A stretch of 64,000 nt of DNA, from positions 410,378,001 through 410,442,000 of the forward strand of contig OZ024740.1 in assembly GCA_964016885.1 (NCBI GenBank). Direction: 5' to 3'. Source of the DNA: Eledone cirrhosa. Taxonomy: Eukaryota. Below the pieces are notes generated by a model, which made no database searches, was not told the DNA's origin, and saw only the letters and a program-made list of their open reading frames with translations. A program made the translations under genes and the position numbers. Below are positions 52,105 to 64,000 of this stretch, in pieces; positions within the stretch are counted from its first letter, which is position 1; the number at the start of each line of letters is the position of its first letter.

Positions 52105-55100
52105 ACACCACCACCACACTGCCATTATTACACTACCACCACAACACTGCCACTATTACACTACCACCATCACACTGCCACTATTAAACTACCACCACCA
52201 CACTGCCATTATTACAGTGTCACCACCACACTGCCACTATTACACCACCACCACCACACTGCCACTATTACACCACCACCACACTGCCACTATTACACCA
52301 CCACCACCACCACACTGCCACTATTACACCACCACCACACTGCCACTATTACACTACCACCACCACACTGCCACTATTACAGTGTCACCACCACACTGCC
52401 ACTATTACACTACCACCACCACACTGCCACTAGTACACTACCACCACCACACTGCCACTAGTACACTACCACCACCACACTGCCACTATTACACCACCAC
52501 ACTGCCACTATTACACTACCACCACCACACTGCCACTATTACACCACCACACTGCCACTATTACACTACCACCACCACACTGCCACTATTACACCACCAC
52601 CATCACACTGCCACTATTACACCTCCACCACCACCACACTGCCACTATTACAGTGGCACCACCACACTGCCACTATTACACTACCACCACCACACTGCCA
52701 CTATTACACTACCACCACCACACTGCCACTATTACTACACCACCACCACCACACTTCCACTATTACACCACCACCACACTGCCACTATTACACCACCACC
52801 ACCACACTGCCACTATTACACCACCACCACCACCACACTGCCACTATTACACCACCACCACCACCACCACCACACTGCCACTATTACACTACCACCACCA
52901 CACTGCCACTATTACACCACCACCACCACCACACTGCCACTATTACACCACCACCACCACACTGCCACTATTACACCACCACCACCACCACACTGCCACT
53001 ATTACACCACCACCACCACCACACTGCCACTGTTACACCACCACCACCACCACCACACTGCCACTATTACACCACCACCACCACCACACTGCCACTGTTA
53101 CACCACCACCACCACCACCACACTGCCACTATTACACCACCACCACCACCACACTGCCACTGTTACACCACCACCACCACCACCACACTGCCACTATTAC
53201 ACCACCACCACCACCACACTGCCACTATTACACCACCACCACCACCACACTGTCACTATTACACCACCACCACCACCACACTGCCACTGTTACACCACCA
53301 CCACCACCACACTGCCACTATTACACCACCACCACCACCACCACACTGCCACTATTACACCACCACCACCGCCACACTGCCACTATTACACCACCACCAC
53401 CACCACACTGCCACTATTACACCACCACCACCACCACACTGCCACTATTACACTACTACCACCACCACACTGCCACTATTACACCACCACCACCACCACA
53501 CTGCCACTATTACACTACTACCACCACCACACTGCCACTATTACACCACCACCACCACCACACTGCCACTATTACACTACTACCACCACCACACTGCCAC
53601 TATTACAGTGTCACCACCACACTGCCACTATTACACCACCACCACCACCACACTGTCACTATTACAGTGTCACCACCACACTGCCACTATTACACTACTA
53701 CCACCACCACACTGCCACTATTACACTACCACCACCACACTGCCACTATTACACTACTACCACCACCACACTGCCACTATTACACCTCCACCACCACACT
53801 GCCACTATTACACTACTACCACCACCACACTGCCACTATTACACCTCCACCACCACACTGCCACTATTACACTACTACCACCACCACACTGCCACTATTA
53901 CACTAACACCACCACACTGCCACTATTACACTACTACCACCACCACACTGCCACTATTACACCTCCACCACCACCACCACACTGCCACTATTACACTACT
54001 ACCACCACCACACTGCCACTATTACACCTCCACCACCACCACCACACTGCCACTATTACACTACTACCACCACCACACTGCCACTATTACACCTCCACCA
54101 CCACCACCACACTGCCACTATTACACTACTACCACCACCACACTGCCACTATTACACCTCCACCACCACCACCACACTGCCACTATTACACTACTACCCC
54201 ACCACACTGCCACTATTACACCTCCACCACCACCACCACACTGCCACTATTACACTACTACCACCACCACACTGCCACTATTACACCTCCACCACCACCA
54301 CCACACTGCCACTATTACACTACTACCACCACCACACTGCCACTATTACACCTCCACCACCACCACCACACTGCCACTATTACACTACTACCCCACCACA
54401 CTGCCACTATTACACTACTACCCCACCACACTGCCACTATTACACCTCCACCACCACCACCACACTGCCACTATTACACTACTACCACCACCACACTGCC
54501 ACTATTACACCTCCACCACCACCACCACACTGCCACTATTACACTACTACCACCACCACACTGCCACTATTACACCTCCACCACCACCACCACACTGCCA
54601 CTATTACACTACTACCACCACCACACTGCCACTATTACACCTCCACCACCACCACCACACTGCCACTATTACACCTCCACCACCACCACCACACTGCCAC
54701 TATTACACCTCCACCACCACCACCACACTGCCACTATTACACTACTACCACCACCACACTGCCACTATTACACCTCCACCACCACCACCACACTGCCACT
54801 ATTACACTACTACCACCACCACACTGCCACTATTACACCTCCACCACCACCACCACACTGCCACTATTACACCTCCACCACCACCACCACACTGCCACTA
54901 TTACACTACTACCACCACCACACTGCCACTATTACACCTCCACCACCACCACCACACTGCCACTATTACACCTCCACCACCACCACCACACTGCCACTAT
55001 TACACCTCCACCACCACCACCACACTGCCACTATTACACTACTACCACCACCACACTGCCACTATTACACCTCCACCACCACCACCACACTGCCACTATT

Positions 55101-55143
55101 ACACTACTACCCCACCACACTGCCACTATTACAGTGTCACCAC
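52105..55143 (+). repeat. About 3-kb satellite CACTGCCACTATTACA+(CCA)n, unit about 24-36 bp
   Basis: Invariant 16-bp core with a variable CCA/CTA spacer. Confidence 0.97.
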
Positions 55144-55245
55144 AACTCTCACCGACTGCACGACTACTAACCACTAAACTGACACAATCACCACAGTACT
55201 ATACTATGTTTACACTACTACCACACTAACATTACTATAGTATCA

Positions 55246-55432
55246 GTGGATTGGCAGTATCGGTAGAGGGTCAGACGCCATGCTTTGCAGCATAGAGTTA
55301 TGGCCCTTGCCATTCTGAGTTCAAATCCCACCAAGGTTAACTTTGTCTTTCATCCTTACGGGGTCGATAAAATAAAGTACCAGTAATGCACTGGGTAATT
55401 TGCTGGCCTTGTGCCAAAAGTAGAAACAATTA
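55246..55432 (+). mobile_element. S1 SINE
   Basis: Full-length match. Confidence 0.9.
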
Positions 55433-55953
55433 TTATATTATCACCAGCTCACTCCCTAAGCACACTTCTATACCGTTACAACCAGTACGTTTAACTCCAG
55501 CACCGCCACACTTCCTCAGTGTCAGCACACTGTCACTACACTGTCATAAGACTATCATGTCACTCCCGATACACGATTCCCCAAAGAAGCTTCTCTGTGG
55601 TCACACGTTCTACTGGAAACAGATGCTAAATGTCCCTCAAATCACGCAATACAACCTTCAGAATGGACAAGTTGGATAATGTGGTCCTTGGCTCCCTGTA
55701 CACAACAGAGGAAAACAAGGTGGAATCAACATGACTGGAATAGCTTTCATTCATTACAGTGTTGTCCAATCAGGGTTCACACCGGCCTTAACAACAACAA
55801 GAACAACAAAAAGCCTGATAGGGGTAGGTCTCTGAGGTTTGCAGTAGATGAAAGTGCTAAGGTAGCAGCAACAGGTGCAGCGGTTGCAGAAGTTGGTGTG
55901 TTGAAAGAGGAAGGTGCAGTAGTTATGCATAATGAGCTTGTTCTGCTAATGTC

Positions 55954-56025
<72 letters not shown>

Positions 56026-56230
56026 TAAGATAGCTAGATAGCTAGATGGAGAGAGATTGCTAGATTGATGGATAGGTAGATAGATCGATAGATCGATAGA
56101 TATACAGAGAGATGGATGGGAAAGGGACATAGCACTAAACATATATTTGGTAGCAGGGGAGTTGATGTGGTTGCACTAGAAGGCGTACTAGTAGTAGTAG
56201 TAGTAGTAGTAGTAGAAGTAGTAGTAGAAA

Positions 56231-56268
<38 letters not shown>

Positions 56269-56269
56269 A

Positions 56270-56321
<52 letters not shown>

Positions 56322-56369
56322 TTATAAAAAGAGGACGAAAATATCGCGGGGCTACTTGAAAACAGGTTA

Positions 56370-57185
56370 ATAGTGTTAGTGGCGGTGGCGGTGGTAATGT
56401 TAGTAATATAGCTAGTGGTGGCGGTGGTGGTGGTAATATTGTTAGTAGCGGTGGAGGCGGTGGTAGTGGTGGTGGTGGTGGTGGTGGTAATGCTGTTAGT
56501 GGTGGTGGTGGTAATATAGTTAGTGGTGTGGTGGTAATATTGTTAGTGGTGGTGGTGGTGGTGGTGGTAATGCTGTTAGTGGCGGTGGTGGTAATATAGT
56601 TAGTGGTGTGGTGGTAATATTGTTAGTGGTGGTGGTGGTGGTGGTAATGCTGTTAGTGGTGGTGGTGGTAATATAGTTAGTGGTGTGGTGGTAATATTGT
56701 TAGTGGTGGTGGTGGTGGTGGTGGTAATGCTGTTAGTGGCGGTGGTGGTGGTGGTGGTGGTAATGTTGTTAGTGGTGGTGGTGGTAGTGGTGTTGTTGTT
56801 GTTGTTGGTGGTGGTGATGGTAATATTGTTAGTAGCGGTGGTGGCGGTAGCGGTGGTGGTGGTGGTGGTAATATTGTTAGGGGTGGTGGTGGTAGTGGTG
56901 GTGGTAGTAATATTGTTAGTGGTGGTGGTAATATTGTTAGGGGTGGTGGTGGTGGTGGTGGTGGTAGTAATATTGTTAGTGGTGGTGGTAATATTGTTAG
57001 GGGTGGTGGTGGTGGTGGTGGTAGTAATATTGTTAGTGGTGGGGGTGGTGGTAATAATGTTAGTGGTGGTGGTGGTGGTGGTAATATTGTTAGGGGTGGT
57101 GGTGGCAGTGGTGGTAATATTGGTAGTGGTGGCGGTGGTGGGGGTGGTGGTGGTGGTGGTAATGTTGTTAGTGACGGTGGTGGCT
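56370..57185. repeat. (GGT)n-AATATTGTTAGT compound satellite
   Basis: Read directly from the sequence. Preceded by (GTA)n at about 56188-56315. Confidence 0.9.
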
Positions 57186-57758
57186 GTTAAGGGGCGGGAT
57201 GATAGGTCATGATGCAATTGTTGGTGTTTAGCCGTAGGTGAGCATTAACTGAAAATAAGTATAATCGAAGGCGCTCCAGCCATGGCTATCATGTATCATC
57301 CATTCAGAATTATATTTACTAATTCTCTTATTTTGATTTTGCGTCGGAATAGTATAGTTTGAAAGAAACTTCGTTGCTATTTCTAGCAAATTGAGCAACC
57401 TAGTAGAGGTTTTCTCGTTGCATCGAGTGGGAGGTATGTTAATATAATGTTGATAGTAGGGCGGAGCAGAAGTGTATAGGTGGCAGTAGCTGACAGTGGT
57501 AGCAGTAGTGAGGAGTAGATGTTAGTATCGTAGGTGTGGCACTAGTAGCATTCACATGATAGTAGTGCAATAGTAGTTGGGTGGTAGAAATGATAGTGGC
57601 AGTGCAACAATAGTATGTTGGTAGTGATGGTAGTTTAGTGGTGATAATAGCATGATGGTGAGACACTGACTGTAAGGTGACTATAGTAGTGTGACGACGG
57701 CTTAGTGGTAACGAATTACTGGTGACAATTGAGTAGTATTGGCAGTGCTCAGTAGAAG

Positions 57759-58035
57759 CACGTAGCCCAGTGGTAACATGTTGGACTTACGATCGTAATG
57801 TCGTGAGTTCGATTCCTGGACTGGGTTGTGTATTGTGTTCTTGAGCAAAACACTTCATTTCACGTTGCTCCAGTAAACACTGCTGAAAATGAGTACCAGC
57901 AATAGCTGGGGGTTTACCCTGCTATGGACTGGTGTCCTTTCCAGAGGGAGTTTTGTACTCTCAGTCACTTAATGCTACGAAAGCCAGGATACCACCTGAT
58001 GAGCCTCCAGGGTCGAGACAGACTTAAGACCTTTA
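57759..58035 (+). mobile_element. tRNA-derived SINE with CORE-like central region
   Basis: A box TAGCCCAGTGG, B box GAGTTCGATTCC, then gtgttcttgagcaaaacactt...aaatgagtacc, and tail cagacttaagaccttta. Confidence 0.75.
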
Positions 58036-58257
58036 GCACTGCACTGGAAGTGGCATGATAGTCTCATGACAGTGTAGTGGTAGCAGTGTAGGGAGTGTGG
58101 TGGTGTTGATAGAGTCAACGTAGTGGTTGTAAAAGTATAGAAGTCTGGTGAGGTGGTGATACTATAGTAATGTTAGTGTGGTAGTAGTGTAAACATAGTA
58201 TAGTACTGTGGTGATAGTGTCAGTTTAGTGGTTGATAGTCGTGCAGTGGATGAGTGT

Positions 58258-59432
58258 GGTGGTGACACTGTAATAGTGACAGTGTGGTGGTGGTAGTAGT
58301 GTAATAGTGGCAGTGTGGTGGTGTTAGTGTAATAGTGGCAGTGTGGTGGTGGTGGTGGTGCAATAGTGCCAGTGTGGTGGTGGTAGTGTAATAGTGGCAG
58401 TGTGGTGGTGGTAGTAGTGTAATAGTGTGTGTTGGTGGTAGTGTAATAGTGACAGTGTGGTGGTGGTAGTAGTGTAATAGTGTGTGTTGGTGGTGGTAGT
58501 GTAATAGTGGCAGTGTGGTGGTGGTGGTAGTGTAATAGTGGCAGTGTGGTGGTGGTGGTAGTGTAATAGTGGCAGTGTGGTGGTGGTAGTGTAATAGTGG
58601 CAGTGTGGTGGTGGTAGTAGTGTAATAGTGGCAGTGTGGTGGTGGTAGTAGTGTAATAGTGGCAGTGTGGTGGTGGTAGTGTAATAGTGGCAGTGTGGTG
58701 GTGGTGGTGGTGTAATAGTGGCAGTGTGGTGGTGGTAGTAGTGTAATAGTGGCAGTGTGGTGGTGGTAGTGTAATAGTGGCAGTGTGGTGGTGGTAGTGT
58801 AATAGTGGCAGTGTGGTGGTGGTGGTGGTGCAATAGTGGCAGTGTGGTGGTGGTAGTGTAATAGTGGCAGTGTGGTGGTGGTAGTGTAATAGTGGCAGTG
58901 TGGTGGTGGTAGTAGTGTAATAGTGGCAGTGTGGTGGTGGTAGTAGTGTAATAGTGGCAGTGTGGTGGTGGTAGTGTAATAGTGGCAGTGTGGTGGTGGT
59001 AGTGTAATAGTGGCAGTGTGGTGGTGGTAGTAGTGTAATAGTGTGTGGTGGTGGTAGTGTAATAGTGGCAGTGTGGTGGTGGTAGTAGTGTAATAGTGTG
59101 TGTTGGTGGTAGTGTAATAGTGACAGTGTGGTGGTGGTAGTAGTGTAATAGTGTGTGTGTGGTGGTGCTAGTGTAATAGTGGCAGTGTGGTGGTGGTAGT
59201 AGTGTAATAGTGTGTGTTGGTGGTAGTGTAATAGTGGCAGTGTGGTGGTGGTAGTAGTGTAATAGTGTGTGGTGGTGGTAGTGTAATAGTGACAGTGTGG
59301 TGGTGGTAGTAGTGTAATAGTGTGTGGTGGTGGTAGTAGTGTAATAGTGTGTGGTGGTGGTAGTGTAATAGTGGCAGTGTGGTGGTGGTAGTAGTGTAAT
59401 AGTGTGTGTGTGGTGGTGGTAGTGTAATAGTG
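58258..59432 (-). repeat. Same satellite as 52105-55143, in inverted orientation
   Basis: Units read TGTAATAGTGGCAGTG(TGG)n. Confidence 0.95.
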
Positions 59433-59433
59433 G

Positions 59434-59582
59434 TTACCAGTGTATTACTGGTACTTTATTTTATCGACCCTGTAAGGATGAAAGGCAAAGTTAACCTCGA
59501 CGGGATTTGAACTTGGATTGAACAAGGGCCGTAATTCTTTGCTGCAAAGCATGGCGTCCGACCCTCTACTGAAACTGCCACT
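59434..59582 (-). mobile_element. S1 SINE, tail missing
   Basis: Reverse-complement match. Confidence 0.85.
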
Positions 59583-60257
59583 TCGTCATTGTAGAGTGAC
59601 TGTAGTGGTAGAAGTCTGCTGTTGGTAGTTTAGTGGAAGCTATATAGTGTTGTCTTGTTATTGGCTGCTATTTCTAACAGTTTCAGCGACCATGTAGATA
59701 TTTCTTCGTTGGTTTTGTCTGCTATAAGTTCTCTTAATCTGCTAGAAATAGTAATGCAAACCTACCTCAAATCATATAAAGAAGGATGAATTGGGCATTA
59801 CAATAATATATGTATGTGAATAAATAAATAAAATAAACAATAACTAAAACGACAAACAAAAAAAAACACACGCAAAAATCGAGTGTATGACAGGTGTTTT
59901 GATCATAGGTCTGCTCAAACATGACAAGCCTGGGGCTAAACACCAGCAATACATAAACAACACCATCACTATCATCATCATTAACAGCAGCAACAACAAT
60001 AACAGTGTCGAGATGCTACATAGGTATAGGATCTGCTAGAAATAGCAGCCAAATCTCTCAAATTACACTTTATTGTTTAAAGAAAAAAACCCCACACGGA
60101 ATGGTCATGGCTGAAATATCATTGATTGTAGGGTTAGTTCTATGGCGGTTGACCCAGGGCTAAACAACGAAACCACGGCACGCGACAACACACTTTATAA
60201 CTAACACACATCATGTGATAATTCCAACTTCTATATTTCACCTGCACTGATATTACT

Positions 60258-60790
60258 TTACTACCACTACACTATGATATCTACTACTACTACTCTACCA
60301 CCACACTACTACCACTACACTATGATATCTACTACTACTACTCTACCACCACACTACTACCACTACACTATGATATCTACTACTACTACTCTACCACCAC
60401 ACTACTACCACTACACTATGATATCTACTACTACTACTCTACCACCACACTACTACCACTACGCTATGATATCTACTACTACTACTCTACCACCACACTA
60501 CTACCACTACACTATGATATCTACTACTACTACTCTACCACCACACTACTACCACTACACTATGATATCTACTACTACTACTACTCTACCACCACACTAC
60601 TACCACTACACTATGATATCTACTACTACTACTACTCTACCATCACACTACTACCACTACACTATGATATCTACTACTACTACTACTCTACCATCACACT
60701 ACTACCACTACACTATGATATCTACTACTACTACTACTCTACCACCACACTACTACCACTACACTATGATATCTACTACTACTACCGTAT
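60258..60790 (+). repeat. 48/51-bp minisatellite, about 10-11 near-identical copies
   Basis: Unit atgatatctactactactactctaccaccacactactaccactacact. Confidence 0.95.
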
Positions 60791-61531
60791 TACCACTACA
60801 CATACAATCACCTCACTACCATAAAACCACAACACTATCACCTCACTAACACAGTACTATCAACAAACTACTACAGCACTATCAACTCTCAGCCACTATA
60901 CCACCACATCACTACTCCTATACTACTACTCTACTACCACCACACCACCACATTACTGCCCTTACACTAACTCGCTACTACCACCATTCTATTATATAAC
61001 TATCACTTCAGTATCGCATCACTACCACTACATTACCATTCTACTACCACCATACTATGACCACACTACCACTACACTAACCCTCTACTACTACCACCAT
61101 GCTACCACCTCACTACCACTACACTAACCCTCTACTACTACCACCATACTATCACCTCACTACCTCTACATTACCCTTCTACTACCACCATACTATGACC
61201 ACACTACCACTACACTAACCCCTACTACTACCACCATACTATCACCTCACTATCACTACACTACTTCTCTACTACTACCACCATACTATCACCTCACTAC
61301 CACCACACTAACCATCTACTACTACCACCATTCTATCACCTCACTACCTCTACATTAACCATCTACTACTACCACTACATTAACCCTCTACTACTACCAC
61401 CATACTATCACCTAACTCCCACTATAATATCAGTGCTACCACCACACTGTCATGTAACTATTACCGCCACTACTACATCTACAACCACTAACACTTCCAG
61501 TACTACTAGTACTACTACTACTACTACTACA

Positions 61532-61583
<52 letters not shown>

Positions 61584-61655
61584 GTACTACTGCTGCTACT
61601 ATCATCACTACTACACAAGCAAACACTACCACCACTACTACTACTACTACTACTT

Positions 61656-61695
<40 letters not shown>

Positions 61696-61749
61696 ACCAG
61701 CAACCACTACCACCACTACTAGTACTAGTACCACTCCACCCCCTCCTAC

Positions 61750-64000
61750 TACCGCCACTACTACATCTACAATCACCACCCTCGACTGCTACAACCACTA
61801 CTACCACCGCTACTACATCTACAACCACCACACCCTCGACTGCTACCACCACTACTACCACCGCTACTACATCTACAACCACCACCCTCGACTGCTACTA
61901 CCACTACTACCACCGCTACTACACCTACAACTACCCCGCCCCCCAACTACTACCGCCATTACTACCACCACTACTACCACCGCTACTTCATCTACAGCCA
62001 CCACACCTTCGACTGCTACTACCACTACAACCACCGCTACTACATCTACAACTACCCCGCCTCCACCCTACTACTACCGCCACTACTACCACCGCTACTA
62101 CATCTATAACCACTACACCCTCAACTGCTACTATCACTACTACCACCGCTACTACATCTACAACTACCACACCTTCGACTGCTACTACCACTACTACCAC
62201 CGCTAGTACCACTACTACCACCACACCCTCGACTGCTACTACCACTACTACCACAGCAACTACAACAACCAACGCACCCACGACTGCTACTACCATCACT
62301 ACCACCGCTACTACATCTACAACCACCACCTTCGACTGCTACTACCACTACTACCACAGCAACTACAACAGCCAACGCACCCTCGACTGCTACTACCACC
62401 ATTACCACCGCTACTACATATACAACCACCACACCCTCGACTGCTACTACCACTACTACCACCGCTACATCATCTACAACCACCACACTCTCGACTGCTA
62501 CTACCACTACTACCACCACTACCACCGCTACTACATCTACAACCACCACCCTCGACTGCTACTACCACTACTACCACAGCAACTACAACAACCAACGCAC
62601 CCTCGACTGCTACCACCAACACTACCACCGCTACTACATCTACAACCACCACCCTCGACTGTTACTACCACTACTACCACAGCAACTACAACAACCAACG
62701 CACCCTCGACTGTTACTACCACCACTACCACCGCTACTACATCTACAAACACCACACCCTCGACTGCTACAACCACTGCTACCACCGCTACTACATCTAC
62801 AACCACCACACTCTCGACTGCTACTGCCACTACTACCACCACTACCACCACTACTACATCTACAACCACCACACCCTCGACTGCTACCACCACCACTACC
62901 ACCGCTACTACATCTACAACCACCACCCTCGACTGCTACTACCACTACTACCACAGCAACTACAACAACCAACGCACCCTTGACTGTTACTACCACCACT
63001 ACCACCGCTACTACATCTACAACCACCACACCCTCGACTGCTACAACCACTGCTACCACCGCTACTACATCTACAACCACCACACCCTCGACTGCTACTA
63101 CCACTGCTACCACCGCTACTACATCTACAACCACCACCCTCAACTGCTACTACCACTACTACCACCGCTACTATATCTACAACCACCACACTCTCGACTG
63201 CTTCTGCCACTACTACCACCACTACCACCACTACTACATCTACAACCACCACCCTCGACTGTTACTACCACTACTACCACAGCAACTACAACAACCAACG
63301 CACTGTCGACTGCTACCACCACCACTACCACCGCTACTACATCTACAACCACCACCCTCGACTGCTACTACCACTACTACCACCGCTACTACATCTACAA
63401 CCACCACACTCTCGACTGCTACTGCCACTACTACCACCACTACCACCACTACTACATCTACAACCACCACCCTCGACTGCTACTACCACTACTACCACAG
63501 CAACTACAACAACCAACGCACCCTCGACTGCTACTACCACTACTACCACGGCTACTACATCTACAACCACCACCCTCGACTGCTACTACCACTACTACCA
63601 CCGCTACTACATCTACAATCACCACCCTCGACTGCTACTACCACCACTACCACCGCTACTACATCTACAACCACCACACCCTCGACTGCTACTACCACTA
63701 CTACCACCGCTACTACATCTACAACCACCACACCCTCGACTGCTACTACCACTACTACCACCGCTACTACATCTACAACCACCACACCCTCGACTGCTAC
63801 TACCACTACTACCACCGCTACTACATCTACAACCACCACTCTCGACTGCTACTACCACTACTACCACCGCTACTACATCTACAACCACCACCCTCGACTG
63901 CTACTACCTCTACTACCACCGCGACTACATCTACAACTACCACACCCTCGACTGCTACTACCTCTACTACCACCGCTACTACATCTACAACCACCACTCT
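61750..64000 (+). repeat. Satellite of about 52-54 bp with variant units, running off the window end
   Basis: Unit ctcgactgctactaccactactaccaccgctactacatctacaaccacca(ca)cc, interspersed with a variant ...acagcaactacaacaaccaacgcacc. Confidence 0.95.

Noticed and set aside
52105-55143. CRISPR-like pattern of constant repeat plus variable spacer
   Set aside because: The spacers are only CCA/CTA runs, the context is eukaryotic and there are no cas genes.
52037-55177. 1046-aa His/Pro/Thr-rich ORF and overlapping long ORFs
   Set aside because: It starts inside a SINE and runs through a satellite whose strand rarely forms stop codons. All three frames give the same peptide motifs.
57990-58030. CTGATGA-GCC...GGT motif resembling a hammerhead
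   Set aside because: No GAAA follows stem II, and the motif lies within a SINE tail.
60274-63891. Mucin-like Thr-rich and poly-Val ORFs
   Set aside because: These are satellite translations. Unit lengths often break the frame, and there is no signal peptide or splice evidence.

Overview
This is AT-rich eukaryotic, repeat-dominated DNA with no host protein-coding gene that I can support. The tRNA-SINE families and the density of (TA)n and (CA)n suggest a mollusc, probably an octopod cephalopod (inference). It holds four Penelope-like retroelement (PLE) relics with GIY-YIG and/or RT domains, a degraded APE-RT LINE, 3' fragments of RTE-, CRE- and L1/Tx1-like LINEs, about 13 young copies of one tRNA-SINE, several MITE- or Helitron-like elements and large C/A-rich satellites. 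The most striking signal is about ten type-I hammerhead ribozyme (HHR) motifs of different sequence families. They sit in PLE termini and in small non-coding fold-back (palindromic) insertions embedded in (TA)n. One unit (7426-7847) has a direct repeat that starts exactly at the predicted HHR cleavage site, giving a 304-nt retrozyme-like, possibly circular, RNA monomer. All motifs were read and paired by eye, and none was folded computationally.
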